A stretch of 37,313 bases of DNA from a virus (lineage: Duplodnaviria > Caudoviricetes), in IMG/VR virus record IMGVR_UViG_3300037479_000484, positions 1-37,313 of that record; one strand, given 5' to 3'. A program made the position numbers and the translations under genes. The notes beneath the pieces are model-generated. The model saw only the letters and a program-made list of their open reading frames with translations, searched no databases and had not been told where the DNA came from. Positions 8,978-18,364 of this stretch are shown here, piece by piece (position 1 is the first letter of the stretch; each line of letters opens with the position of its first letter).

Positions 8978-10774
8978 ATGCAAAACGGAATCGCATTAAC
9001 GCAAGGAAACTTAGGCAACCGGATTAGAATCAGATTACCCAATGGACGGATAATTTATGCGATCGCACAAACGAATATTATTGGCGGTCAAGTTGGCGTA
9101 TTTCAGGATACGGTAACGAAACAATGGTTTTGCTTTTCTGCTTCGCCCCCTGTTTTTCAATTAACCAGGTCGCAGAAGCTATTTAAATCTCGCCCGATAA
9201 AACAAAAACCTGTTATAAACGATGTTTACATTCTCTACACCATAATTCGTTTTAAAGAAAATAGAACAATGCCATTAGGCGGTACATGGACATGGTATGA
9301 CTTAGATTATTACTTAAGATTGCCAGAAGGCAAGCCTAAACTTTTAGTTTCAGTTCCTTTTAGTTTTGCCAGGGATTTCCCCAATCTATTTAGTTTTGGG
9401 GGAGGGTTTATTAATTATGGGGTTTTAAGTTTTGACAAAAATGGAAATTGGATGGTTACAGTCGTTAATTATTGGGCTGAGCAAATCCGAAATGAAACAA
9501 TCCCTCTAGTGTTCTCAGGAAATCGCACTACCTATGTAGATTATCATCATTATTTCAACATGTATTTTATCAAAGATAATGATGTTCAGGAAATTAATCA
9601 TTCAACAATTGAAAGAACTATTAATAAAACCACCTATATTTCTTATACTAGGTATCCCTTCTCTCAAAGTACCGATGACTTTATCCAAAGAGAATGGACT
9701 ACCACTTTAGAGAATAATAATTTTTGCGTACTCGTTCCAATTAAACAAGATTATTTTATTAATTTCCCGACTAATCATTACAAGCAAACTAACAAAACTT
9801 TAAAAGAAATTGCTCCTACTAATAATTGGGGTGATATTCGGAATGAAGCATTAGCTAACTACGATTATATTTATTCCAGAGTTCATCAATATGCTTTATT
9901 AAATGAAGATAGGGAATTAACTTTATCTCAACCTGTCGCCCTACCAGATGCGATTTATCATGCGGAAGAAGTTGTAGAAAGTTACCCCAATGGTAATAGT
10001 GGGGTTAGTCAAAATAATCCTGCTACCGTGAGCGATTTACAAGGTTCTAGGTCTTGGAATAGGTCTTATTTGCTTCCGAATAAATTAGAAATAACAGAAA
10101 CTTATATTCCCGATGGGGCTGGATATATGCCAGCTACAGATGCATGGGCTATTATTAATTCTTCCGATCTTTCGCCTATTTTAATAAATGTTGATAAGAC
10201 TGAATGTTTTTATATAGACGAGGTTATATCGCCTTTTAATATTAATGTAGAATTACCAGATGGTAGCATCGTCCAGAGATATATAGAGTTATATAATAGA
10301 TACAAATTATTCCATTATGATGGAACAGTAAAAAGAGAGGTAAATAAGATTCCAATTGAGTTATTCGAGTACATAAATCAATATGAAGGTTTATCTCTTA
10401 TGGGTTGGGCAGTTGATGATTTAGAAGATACTTTTTATTCAGATCGGGCGATTTCCTATCATTGGGATAAAAACAAAATTACTTTTCCGTTTTATAAAGC
10501 TGGAATTGACTATAGATTTGATTGGAGAGAGTTGTTTAGAAATAACTCCAATTTTAAACAAAAAACAGTCAAAATTGATTTTTTAGAATGCTCGGTATCA
10601 ATTGATGAAGATAGCAATACCGTTCAGATACTAAGAGGTAAAATATTTAAAGCAAAAACTACTCCATTTGTTAAATCAAATGGTGCTTTAGTAGATCGTC
10701 CTAGTTTTAATTTAAACGATGGAGATAATAGGTATGGGTTTAGGATTATGTCAATCGCCCTAAAGTCAACTTAA
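8978..10774 (+). CDS. AT-rich hypothetical protein, possibly a minor tail or receptor-binding protein
   Basis: 598-aa ORF rich in Tyr/Asn/Ile, co-directional with the glycosyltransferase; function inferred from context only. Confidence 0.6.
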   Translation: MQNGIALTQGNLGNRIRIRLPNGRIIYAIAQTNIIGGQVGVFQDTVTKQWFCFSASPPVFQLTRSQKLFKSRPIKQKPVINDVYILYTIIRFKENRTMPLGGTWTWYDLDYYLRLPEGKPKLLVSVPFSFARDFPNLFSFGGGFINYGVLSFDKNGNWMVTVVNYWAEQIRNETIPLVFSGNRTTYVDYHHYFNMYFIKDNDVQEINHSTIERTINKTTYISYTRYPFSQSTDDFIQREWTTTLENNNFCVLVPIKQDYFINFPTNHYKQTNKTLKEIAPTNNWGDIRNEALANYDYIYSRVHQYALLNEDRELTLSQPVALPDAIYHAEEVVESYPNGNSGVSQNNPATVSDLQGSRSWNRSYLLPNKLEITETYIPDGAGYMPATDAWAIINSSDLSPILINVDKTECFYIDEVISPFNINVELPDGSIVQRYIELYNRYKLFHYDGTVKREVNKIPIELFEYINQYEGLSLMGWAVDDLEDTFYSDRAISYHWDKNKITFPFYKAGIDYRFDWRELFRNNSNFKQKTVKIDFLECSVSIDEDSNTVQILRGKIFKAKTTPFVKSNGALVDRPSFNLNDGDNRYGFRIMSIALKST

Positions 10775-12920
10775 AATCCTCACAATTGACTCTCCCCATC
10801 TGACAAATAAACTCAGCACTAATATCTAAAATTACCCAATATCGCCCATCAAAATAAACCTTATCTCCTTCATTAAATTCAGGGCGATACAACATCGAGA
10901 AAGAGAGCGTTTCATCCCTAGTGGCAGCGATAGTTTGCTCGAAAATTTCTTTCGCTTTCTCTTCTTTCTCTTCCCTCTCTTGCTCGGTTTTCTCGTCTTC
11001 GGACTCCTTGGGTAAATCGATTAAATCCTGCCAAAAAATTTGTTTTTGAGGAAGGTTGGTATGAGTAGAAGGTCTACCTAAATTCTCCTGATTGGAAATA
11101 ACGACGATGCGATTTTTCCCGCCAGTCCCTTCGGCGGCGTTGGAATATTGAATGACACAAAATCGTTCGGGAGTGCATTTGGTATTGGTAATAACGGTCT
11201 TAGTTTCTTCGATTAATTCCTGAACCAGAATAATCGGAGGCAGTTTTACCGTATCATCCGAACGCGGATTGGGAGCGAGAGCGCGATCTACCTGTTTTCT
11301 AGTAGCGACGGCAGCAAACTTGGGTTCTATCCAGAAAGGATCGCCAGTAGGCTTGATGATATCTCGATAGTAATCGAGCATCGACGAGAGCGAGTAAGTC
11401 GTCACATCGTACAAAGGCAGCTTGCGATCGAATTGATAGCTTTCTATCTCAGTAAGATTTCTCTGCCCGTCTTCGGTGTCGAGTCCGTAGATTAGCGCCT
11501 CTAGATACAAAGAAGCTGTCTCCAATTCGCTCTCTTGCTGAAATCTGGCGAGTTTATACCCACTGACCTCGGTTTTGACCAAATATCCCAACTCGTCAAA
11601 ATAATTCCTTGTCGTCGTCTCCTGTACCTTCTGCCACCCCATATTGACCAAAGAGGGGAGAAATTCAATATCGGGTGGATTGCGATCGGGATAATAAGCA
11701 TGAACGTCTTTAGAGATAAAAGCATAGCCCCATACCTGTTCGGTTGTTTCCAGCATCACGCCGCCTTTTTCTTCGATAATCCGCTTCTTCTTAGTGGGAC
11801 CACCAGCGTCGTAGCAAATATTTGCCGTTCTCACTGCATCGTCATAATCGTAGTAAGGAAGAGTTAGTTCGACATCGTTGAGGCAATTCTCAAACTCAAA
11901 ACGTTCGGTTTCGACAATTTCCTCCTTATCGCGGTCTGGCGGCGGCGACTTTTCTTCCTCTTCATCTTCCTCTTCTTCGTCTGACGAAGAGGAATCCTTA
12001 ATGTCGCCATCTGATGATTGCAAGACAAACGTTAAATCCGTAGTAATCTCAGCCGGAGAAATAAAGTGCGTTGGCACTTGCCCCCATTGCCGAGTCGCGA
12101 TCGCTTCTCCCGATCTGTAGAGGAAGCTGCCATTTTTGGCAGCACCATCGGCTAATGCCTCTCCTACACTCGAATAGTTCGCGGTATCAACGACAGCAGG
12201 TTTTCCAGAGGTAGGAACTTCTCTTGCTACCACTGCTGAACCTACTACCTTTAATTGTCCTGGTTGTCGCGCTACAACAGTAAAAACATCAACCCTTTTG
12301 GTTTTACTCGGTGCCTCTACCTTCCCTTTTGCGGTCGAGACGGAGGAGGGCACAGCAGGAGGTTTATTGAGCGGAGAATCTTTAAAAGTCTCGCTCAAAT
12401 ACCATTCGAGAGAAACAGTAACGGATATTTTATGATTCGGATAAACATGAGAAAGCGATCGCACTATCTGCAACTGCGTAACCCGAAAAGGAATTCCAAA
12501 CAGATTGACGCTAGACCCCAATCTAAATCGTTCTCGAACCGCTCCCTCCGAACCCGTTAACGGGATTACAGCATTTACTGTTTCGCTTGTCACCGGACTG
12601 GTTACAAGTTCGTAATACTGACCGCCGACATTAATCTGCGTGACGGCAACGATATCGTCAGGAACGGGAATTTGAATGGCAACCAATACCGAAATAGGCG
12701 GCGCAATGGAGCCTTCTTCAGTAACCGGATTGCTCGCAATGGGAATAAGATCGACTACCGTTCCTGTCGCATTGCCATTGCGATCGAATACCGTCTCTCG
12801 CGACTGTTCCCAACTTAAGACAGGTGCAAACGGCGATATGACACCACCGACAAAAAACGCTGGCGCAACTGGTCTAACACCTGTTAGCTTTAGCGGAAAA
12901 GTGCTACTAGCGACGAACAT
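10746..12920 (-). CDS. Putative tail tip/hub protein
   Basis: 724 aa; C-terminal FSMLYRPEFNEGDKVYFDGRYWVILDI resembles phage hub proteins; acidic linker; tail context. Confidence 0.6.
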   Translation of the reverse strand: MFVASSTFPLKLTGVRPVAPAFFVGGVISPFAPVLSWEQSRETVFDRNGNATGTVVDLIPIASNPVTEEGSIAPPISVLVAIQIPVPDDIVAVTQINVGGQYYELVTSPVTSETVNAVIPLTGSEGAVRERFRLGSSVNLFGIPFRVTQLQIVRSLSHVYPNHKISVTVSLEWYLSETFKDSPLNKPPAVPSSVSTAKGKVEAPSKTKRVDVFTVVARQPGQLKVVGSAVVAREVPTSGKPAVVDTANYSSVGEALADGAAKNGSFLYRSGEAIATRQWGQVPTHFISPAEITTDLTFVLQSSDGDIKDSSSSDEEEEDEEEEKSPPPDRDKEEIVETERFEFENCLNDVELTLPYYDYDDAVRTANICYDAGGPTKKKRIIEEKGGVMLETTEQVWGYAFISKDVHAYYPDRNPPDIEFLPSLVNMGWQKVQETTTRNYFDELGYLVKTEVSGYKLARFQQESELETASLYLEALIYGLDTEDGQRNLTEIESYQFDRKLPLYDVTTYSLSSMLDYYRDIIKPTGDPFWIEPKFAAVATRKQVDRALAPNPRSDDTVKLPPIILVQELIEETKTVITNTKCTPERFCVIQYSNAAEGTGGKNRIVVISNQENLGRPSTHTNLPQKQIFWQDLIDLPKESEDEKTEQEREEKEEKAKEIFEQTIAATRDETLSFSMLYRPEFNEGDKVYFDGRYWVILDISAEFICQMGRVNCEDFKLTLGRLT

Positions 12921-12923
12921 TTA

Positions 12924-12951
12924 AAAATTCAAAATTCAAAATTCAAAATTC
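12924..12951. repeat. AAAATTC x4 heptamer repeat
   Basis: Four exact copies, overlapping the stop codon of the 12936-13421 gene. Confidence 0.85.
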
Positions 12952-13421
12952 TGCCATTGAGTAAATAATATTCTAATTCCGCCAGAGTGCGCGTTCGTAT
13001 TGTTGCGACTTCTAAAACTACCGCCAACGAATTCGTAATTGAGAACGCCCGATCTAATCGTATAACCTCGCGCGATATCTGCATCCTCATCAAGCAAACA
13101 ATAATCGTGCATAATAACGCCTTGATACTTGCACCTGTCCGCCGTCGCTATCTTAATCAAATCTCTAAAAATATACGCGATCGCTTCTCTACCATCTTTA
13201 CAAGTCGCCTCAATCTCAAAAGGAACTTTAGTTAAAGTAACAAAAGGTGAGGTATAACCGTATTTCGTCTCGACATTGCTCCTTGTTGGCGACTTATAAT
13301 CCTCTGAAAAAATCGGCAATACTAAGCCAATATTATTAAGAATTCCTCGATTGACTGGCGTATTGTACTTAGCAATTAACTCGGCAGTAAGTGGAAAGAC
13401 TAGCTTATTGAGTTTGCCCAT
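12936..13421 (-). CDS. Hypothetical tail-region protein (distal-tail position)
   Basis: 161-aa ORF directly upstream of the hub-like gene. Confidence 0.6.
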   Translation of the reverse strand: MGKLNKLVFPLTAELIAKYNTPVNRGILNNIGLVLPIFSEDYKSPTRSNVETKYGYTSPFVTLTKVPFEIEATCKDGREAIAYIFRDLIKIATADRCKYQGVIMHDYCLLDEDADIARGYTIRSGVLNYEFVGGSFRSRNNTNAHSGGIRILFTQWQNFEF

Positions 13422-13495
13422 AAAAAGGAGGTAGTACTCAGCCTACCTCTTATTTATAATACGAGTACATACATATCCGATCCAACAATAACACA

Positions 13496-13777
13496 ATGAG
13501 CCAAACGCCGATTACAGTTACCTACTCGCTCGAAGAAATTCTAGGGCAAATCAGTCAAAAATTAGATCGCCTACAAAACGATGTCACGGAAATTAACGTA
13601 AGACTGGCAAAAGTAGAAACCAAACTAGATACAGAAATCGGAGTCCTTAAAGCTGACATTAAAGAGATTAAAGGCTCTCAAAAAGCCCAAATATGGACGC
13701 TAATTGGAATTCTTATTACAGCCGTTGGCGGGTTTTTGGTCGCGGTAGGTCGATTCGTTTTAACTCCCATCACCTAA
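13496..13777 (+). CDS. Coiled-coil protein with C-terminal membrane anchor (XhlA/DUF1640-like cyanobacterial family)
   Basis: 93 aa with heptad pattern ending in QIWTLIGILITAVGGFLVAV; paralogous to 16927-17343. Confidence 0.75.
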   Translation: MSQTPITVTYSLEEILGQISQKLDRLQNDVTEINVRLAKVETKLDTEIGVLKADIKEIKGSQKAQIWTLIGILITAVGGFLVAVGRFVLTPIT

Positions 13778-13966
13778 CACTTCATCAAAAATATCCACGC
13801 CCAACCGCCCATCACTCGCTTCTCTCTCTTAATAAATTTCACTGGAATTTTTGTTACCCCTTCATCTTCTGAAATCCACCAACTTGCATTTGCATCTGGT
13901 ACTTCGTCATTAGCTAGCGTCACTCGCTGCGCCTCAGTAGACACCTGATATTCGGGAAGCGATCGT
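13774..13966 (-). pseudogene. Possible 3' fragment of a head-closure-type gene
   Basis: Protein-like frame (RSLPEYQVST...GGWAWIFLMKC) overlaps the tube gene out of frame, starting near a 7/8 HIP1 site. Confidence 0.35.
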
Positions 13967-14491
13967 TTCTCTCGAATAAATGGCAATTCGCTTACCAGCT
14001 TGGGCGGCATTGAGGACAATCTTATCCGCGTCGGGGGCAAATTCTCCCGCGTCAGGAGTAGCATCGGCGGAACGCATCAAGGGAACCTTCCCTGGTGCAA
14101 TCGAATCGATAATCGTCACCTCGACATGAATTGTCGCCGCCGTCATCCCCGTCAGAGCAACCTCATAAGGCGCAGCAGACGGAACGGTGGCAAACGCCAG
14201 TCTAGGAACGGCAAGATTGGAATTAGCGCCAGCCGTCTGCCACTTCTGCCCCCAGATTAACCAGGCTGCATCTTGGTCATCTACCGACGATGTCGCCAGA
14301 GTAACGTTTGTCGTTCGCGATCGCGTTACCGTATCGTAATCGACTAACGGACCGCAGTCTTCTAGCGGCGAACACTGAGCCGTTTCTGTCTCCACTTCCT
14401 CTGCAATGGTAAAGGTCGTCGCCGCGACGGGATGTAACTCGCCCTCGATTCTCTGAAAGGCGGCTCCAACACCTACAAGTGAATTTGGCAT
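13934..14491 (-). CDS. Major tail tube protein (possibly 3'-truncated)
   Basis: 185 aa, acidic, Thr/Ala-rich, with an Ig-like-looking segment (VPSAAPYEV...GEF...LNAAQAG); lies downstream of the terminator-like gene. Confidence 0.6.
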   Translation of the reverse strand: MPNSLVGVGAAFQRIEGELHPVAATTFTIAEEVETETAQCSPLEDCGPLVDYDTVTRSRTTNVTLATSSVDDQDAAWLIWGQKWQTAGANSNLAVPRLAFATVPSAAPYEVALTGMTAATIHVEVTIIDSIAPGKVPLMRSADATPDAGEFAPDADKIVLNAAQAGKRIAIYSRETIASRISGVY

Positions 14492-14494
14492 CTT

Positions 14495-14944
14495 TTAATC
14501 CTCCATTTGAGCCAACATAAAATCCCCCGCCATCATACTATCGTCGCTCCAATCGTAAAGAAACTCGATCGCAACCGTACTGCCATTGTCTTGATTGGTA
14601 CGAACGAATACATTTGATTCGACAAAATTAATCCCTTCAAATAAATTATTGTATCCCGTTATAAAAAGCGATCGCATCGTTTCATTGATAATTTTTTCTT
14701 GCCATTCAAACGCCTCTTGCATCGCCGTCCAAGTGTCGGCATTACCGACGAGCAATCGCAACTTAAATCGATAATTCTTAGCAAGGCGATCGAGGAATTT
14801 TTGATTAGAAACGGGAGCTGTGCTAACAATTAACACAGCCCCCTTTGGTTGGTTGCTATTACTGTGAATGTCACTATAATAGCGCCAATCTATCTCGGTT
14901 TGCTGCTGGAGATATTCAGTCAAACTTCCCAATAAATCTACCAT
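14495..14944 (-). CDS. Probable tail terminator protein
   Basis: 149 aa, acidic, immediately upstream of the tube gene. Confidence 0.5.
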   Translation of the reverse strand: MVDLLGSLTEYLQQQTEIDWRYYSDIHSNSNQPKGAVLIVSTAPVSNQKFLDRLAKNYRFKLRLLVGNADTWTAMQEAFEWQEKIINETMRSLFITGYNNLFEGINFVESNVFVRTNQDNGSTVAIEFLYDWSDDSMMAGDFMLAQMED

Positions 14945-16539
14945 TTACAATTCAAATGTTAATAAATTTCCTTGTTCGTCAGTCAATATATTTCCCAGTT
15001 CGTCGGTTAGATAAGTATTATTATCCACAGCAGAAGAATCGCCGCTGCTAAGAGCAACCAAGGAACCACTTCCATTCGTGACATTAATAACATTGTCATC
15101 ATCTCCTGGTTCGGTGTTCAAAGAATCATAAAAATATAGTTTTTTCTTCTCTCGAATTAGGCGTACAGAACCATCAATTAATTCCGATATTGGGAGAGAT
15201 TTAGCGATCGCAACCGTAGAGAGGGGCGCTCTCCAATAATAATAATCTGCTTCTCTAAGAACAGGGATACATCCCAAACTAGGGTCATGAGAGATTTTAG
15301 TAATGATGTAGTTAGGGGAAGGATATTCGTAAGCGATTAGGATTTGATAGGTTCCGCTAGAAATAGAACCAGGTATTTTGGCACTAGCCGTTACAGAAGC
15401 TGGAGCGAATAAGCAAAAATCATCTCCAAGAGAAACAATCGTCTGTATGGGAGTAAAAACTGATAGTTCGCTAATCAAAATCGTTGTCGATTCCGTTCCT
15501 ACGGGAATTGGATCGTTACGGCGCAGAATCCCCGTAGATGTCACTACAAAAACGCGAAGGTAGGGAACATTAACTTGACACTCAACTCCCGCCACTTCAT
15601 CGAGGTAATCGTTACGAATAGCAGTAGGATGAGTAACGATTATCTCGATCGCTCCCGCGCTAGTTAGCGTTACTGAGACGGGAGCCGTTGTTTTACTCAA
15701 CCCTGGTTCGGTAGAGACAATCGCCCTAACTGCCTCGGTCGGGAACACGATATCTCTAACAAAAATCTCCCCATTTAAAGCGCCATTGATAACGCATTTC
15801 TGATTGGGTGTATCGGCAGCCAAACCAACGATTATTTGTTCGCCCTCCGATGCCGCTTGATAGCCGCCGACGATGGCAGCACCTTTTTTCCGACGATTGG
15901 GGACGATATAGAAAAAATCGGAACGATTGAGGATGATATTGCCATAAATAGCCCCTAAAGGAGTTGGCAATCCCGCCTCTGGAACTTCTACTAAGTCCAC
16001 CTCAATCTGGCTGCCTGCCTTGAGATAGCCACCGATTTGGTCGGGACTAAAAGACATAACGATATCCCAAGCCACTGCGTATCCTGGCGGCAAATCGGCT
16101 AGTAGGGTCAAAGGAGTCAGAGAACCGCTCCAAGGAAACTGAGATTGTGCTGTCGTCGGATCTAATTCTCCTGTCGAACGACGCACGTATCCTGGAGAAG
16201 AAACCTTTACCAAAGCGCTAAAGATTTCTGAATAGGATAATCCATTACTAGCGACGATAGCCCCATCAACGGCAATGCGGAGATTAAAACGCTTGCCTTT
16301 GGGCATTGGCGTTCCTGTCTCCGAATAGCCATTGAGCCACCAAAGGCGGACAGGCGTACTATCTCCCCCACCGACTAACGGCGGCGCTCTTAATGCGCCC
16401 TGTATTTCGTTGAGCGGGCGATCGCAGCCACCGACATCGGTTGTCGATTCGAGATAGGTATTAAATCCTTGCGGGTATTGCACCCATTCGTTTAACTCCC
16501 CGTCGTAAAGAAAAAAGGATTGAGGACGGACGCGATCGC
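14945..16539 (-). CDS. Virion structural (fiber/baseplate-like) protein, apparently 5'-truncated
   Basis: 512-aa ORF called from GTG 16483, but the frame stays open and protein-like (GDRVRPQSFFLYDGELNEW) back to HIP1 at 16532-16539; C-terminal YLTDELGNILTDEQGNLLT motif. Confidence 0.6.
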
Positions 16540-16666
16540 CTTGTTATTTATCTCTCTATATTTACACACGCTGCATGTGTAGTCAATAGTCTAGGTATAG
16601 TTTTTTTTATTATAAATGTGATATATTGACAGTACGAGAAAAACACGCGCAAGAGATAAAATATAG

Positions 16667-16930
16667 ATGTCAATAGTTAAAAGTCCCCGGTTGGCTATTA
16701 AATGGAAATTAAATCAGTTAATGTTTGAGCGTGGCATCAAGAACGCCGAGTTATGTCGGCTGACAGGACTGCACTCAAACACAATCAGCAAGTTGAAAAA
16801 TTCTAGAGAAATGCCTGAACGCCTAGAGAAAAATACGCTTGACAAATTGTGTCAAGCGCTAAAAGTTCAACCTGGAGATTTGCTGGTGTACGAAAACGAC
16901 ACCGACAAGTCGGAGGAAAAAATTAGATGA
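16667..16930 (+). CDS. Xre/Cro-family HTH transcriptional regulator
   Basis: 87 aa: LNQLMFERGIKNAELCRLTGLHSNTISKL...TLDKLCQALKVQPGDLL. Confidence 0.9.
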   Translation: MSIVKSPRLAIKWKLNQLMFERGIKNAELCRLTGLHSNTISKLKNSREMPERLEKNTLDKLCQALKVQPGDLLVYENDTDKSEEKIR

Positions 16931-17343
16931 GCGTAACAATCGAGCAGGATTTAAAAGAAGTCTTAGGACAAATTACTCAGAAGCTAGACAAGCTAGATAC
17001 AAAAATCGATAGTGTAGCCAAGGATGTCACCGATATCAAAATCGAGTTAACTGAGTTGAAAGGCGAGATAACTGCGACTAAAACCGAATTAAAAGGCGAG
17101 ATAGTAGCGGTTAGGACTGAATTAAAAGGCGAGATCAAAACCTTAGATGAGAGACTATCGGGACAGATTAAATCGGTTGACGAGAGGTTATCGGGACAAA
17201 TCAAGGCACTTGACGAAAAAGTTATTGGCTTGAGCAAGCGAACCGATAGCGTTGACTTCGTGAATCGTGGTGTGTTTGTTGCCTTAATTATCGCGATTTT
17301 GGGCGGATTTGCCAAACTGTTTGGATTAGTAGGAAATCCTTAG
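16927..17343 (+). CDS. Coiled-coil repeat protein with C-terminal membrane anchor (DUF1640/Bdr-like)
   Basis: 138 aa; 11-aa periodic repeats (ELKGEI x3, DERLSGQIK x2) and a C-terminal TM segment; its ATG overlaps the HTH stop (ATGA). Confidence 0.8.
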   Translation: MSVTIEQDLKEVLGQITQKLDKLDTKIDSVAKDVTDIKIELTELKGEITATKTELKGEIVAVRTELKGEIKTLDERLSGQIKSVDERLSGQIKALDEKVIGLSKRTDSVDFVNRGVFVALIIAILGGFAKLFGLVGNP

Positions 17344-17753
17344 ACGGGAGGGGGTGTATCGCCAGATGGCAGCTCGTAATCAACCCAGTTTTCGTATTCC
17401 GGTTCGCCCCAAATCGCTTGAAAGAAAGGCAGAAGATCTGGTCTTACGATTTCGGTGTCATACATAATCGGATCGTTGGGATAGGAAAAAGCAAAGCGAT
17501 AGTTTTTATTGTTTCTGATTTCTCTAACTTGTATAGCGGCATTTTGTAATAAGCCAATTTCCGCTAGAGAGAAACCACTAAAAACGCCTTGATTTTGAAT
17601 CCATTGCTGATAGGGTTCCAGGCTCCAAATTGCTTCGAGCAACGGGGAGATTTCTAAGGAAAAATCTCCGGTTGTTTGAGCAGAACTATCATTATCTTTT
17701 CGGATTTTAACGGTTCCATCTTGGAAAAAGATGATTTCTGTAACATTTGGCAT
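17340..17753 (-). CDS. Hypothetical protein downstream of the fiber domain
   Basis: 137-aa ORF with AAGGAG RBS on the minus strand. Confidence 0.65.
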   Translation of the reverse strand: MPNVTEIIFFQDGTVKIRKDNDSSAQTTGDFSLEISPLLEAIWSLEPYQQWIQNQGVFSGFSLAEIGLLQNAAIQVREIRNNKNYRFAFSYPNDPIMYDTEIVRPDLLPFFQAIWGEPEYENWVDYELPSGDTPPPV

Positions 17754-17765
17754 AGTTAGCTCCTT

Positions 17766-18054
17766 TTAAACAAAATATTGCCCGCTAGCTGAAAGCGAAC
17801 AATTTGAAAAGTTAAAATCGTTGGGAACGAGAAAAGTGCTGCCGTTTCTAACTAAAGCAAATTGAGTTGTCCCTGCTAGGAGATATCCCGTCGTATTGTT
17901 GGGAGCGCCAGATATGAAGCCAAAGTGGATTGAGCCTCTCGTCCCTGAAAACGGAAAACCCCCAATGCGAATATTACCCGTTGGTGCTGAAGTTGCACTA
18001 TTGATAGTCATGCTTAAGGCAAAAGAAACCCGATTGCCTGATAAGCGCGATCGC
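17766..18054 (-). pseudogene. C-terminal tail-fiber domain lacking a convincing 5' end
   Basis: RLSGNRVSFALSM...TGNIRIGGFPF...SGQYFV resembles the fiber C-terminal 'GnrV...I.GLPF' motif, which begins at HIP1 18047-18054. Confidence 0.5.
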
Positions 18055-18361
18055 GCAAAATTAACGACGATTCTACTCTCGCGATCGCCCAAGTTGCATC
18101 GCTAGGAACCGTCAGCACCGATGGGATTGTTTCACTTAAAACGATAGTTTCGGGACTAATAAAGATAGGAATGGCGGGGGTTATTGTCGTGCCGCCGCCA
18201 GTGCCGCCGCCCGACGCGCCAGAGGTGGCTCCCTCGTTATTAATCAGTGCCAAGTAAGCCCCGTATCGCAATCTTTGCAAATCTGGCTTAATCCCTTGCA
18301 CGAGATCGCTATCGATATTCGCCTTAAAAGAATTTAAGTAGTTTAGTAAATTAGATAGCAC
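18014..18361 (-). CDS. Hypothetical virion protein, possibly 3'-truncated
   Basis: 115 aa with a Gly-rich linker; overlaps the fiber fragment out of frame across HIP1 sites. Confidence 0.5.
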   Translation of the reverse strand: MLSNLLNYLNSFKANIDSDLVQGIKPDLQRLRYGAYLALINNEGATSGASGGGTGGGTTITPAIPIFISPETIVLSETIPSVLTVPSDATWAIARVESSLILRDRAYQAIGFLLP

Positions 18362-18364
18362 TTC

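Noticed and set aside
11950-11995. TCTTCC/TCTTCA-rich tract resembling the CTC arrays
   Set aside because: It has period 3 and encodes the Ser/Glu/Asp linker of the hub-like protein.
7452-12951. AATTTTG x4 and AAAATTC x4 as inverted repeats of an invertible segment
   Set aside because: The same heptamer occurs elsewhere (18925), no invertase is present, and inversion would not make all enclosed genes co-directional.
16575-16635. Contiguous concatenation of array-2 dinucleotides (GTATATGTGCTGTCAATAAATAATAT) resembles two sites upstream of the HTH gene: 12/14 at 16575-16588 and 16/20 on the minus strand at 16616-16635
   Set aside because: Partial AT-rich matches of this size are plausible by chance in 37 kb, and array 1 points to a gapped rather than contiguous code.
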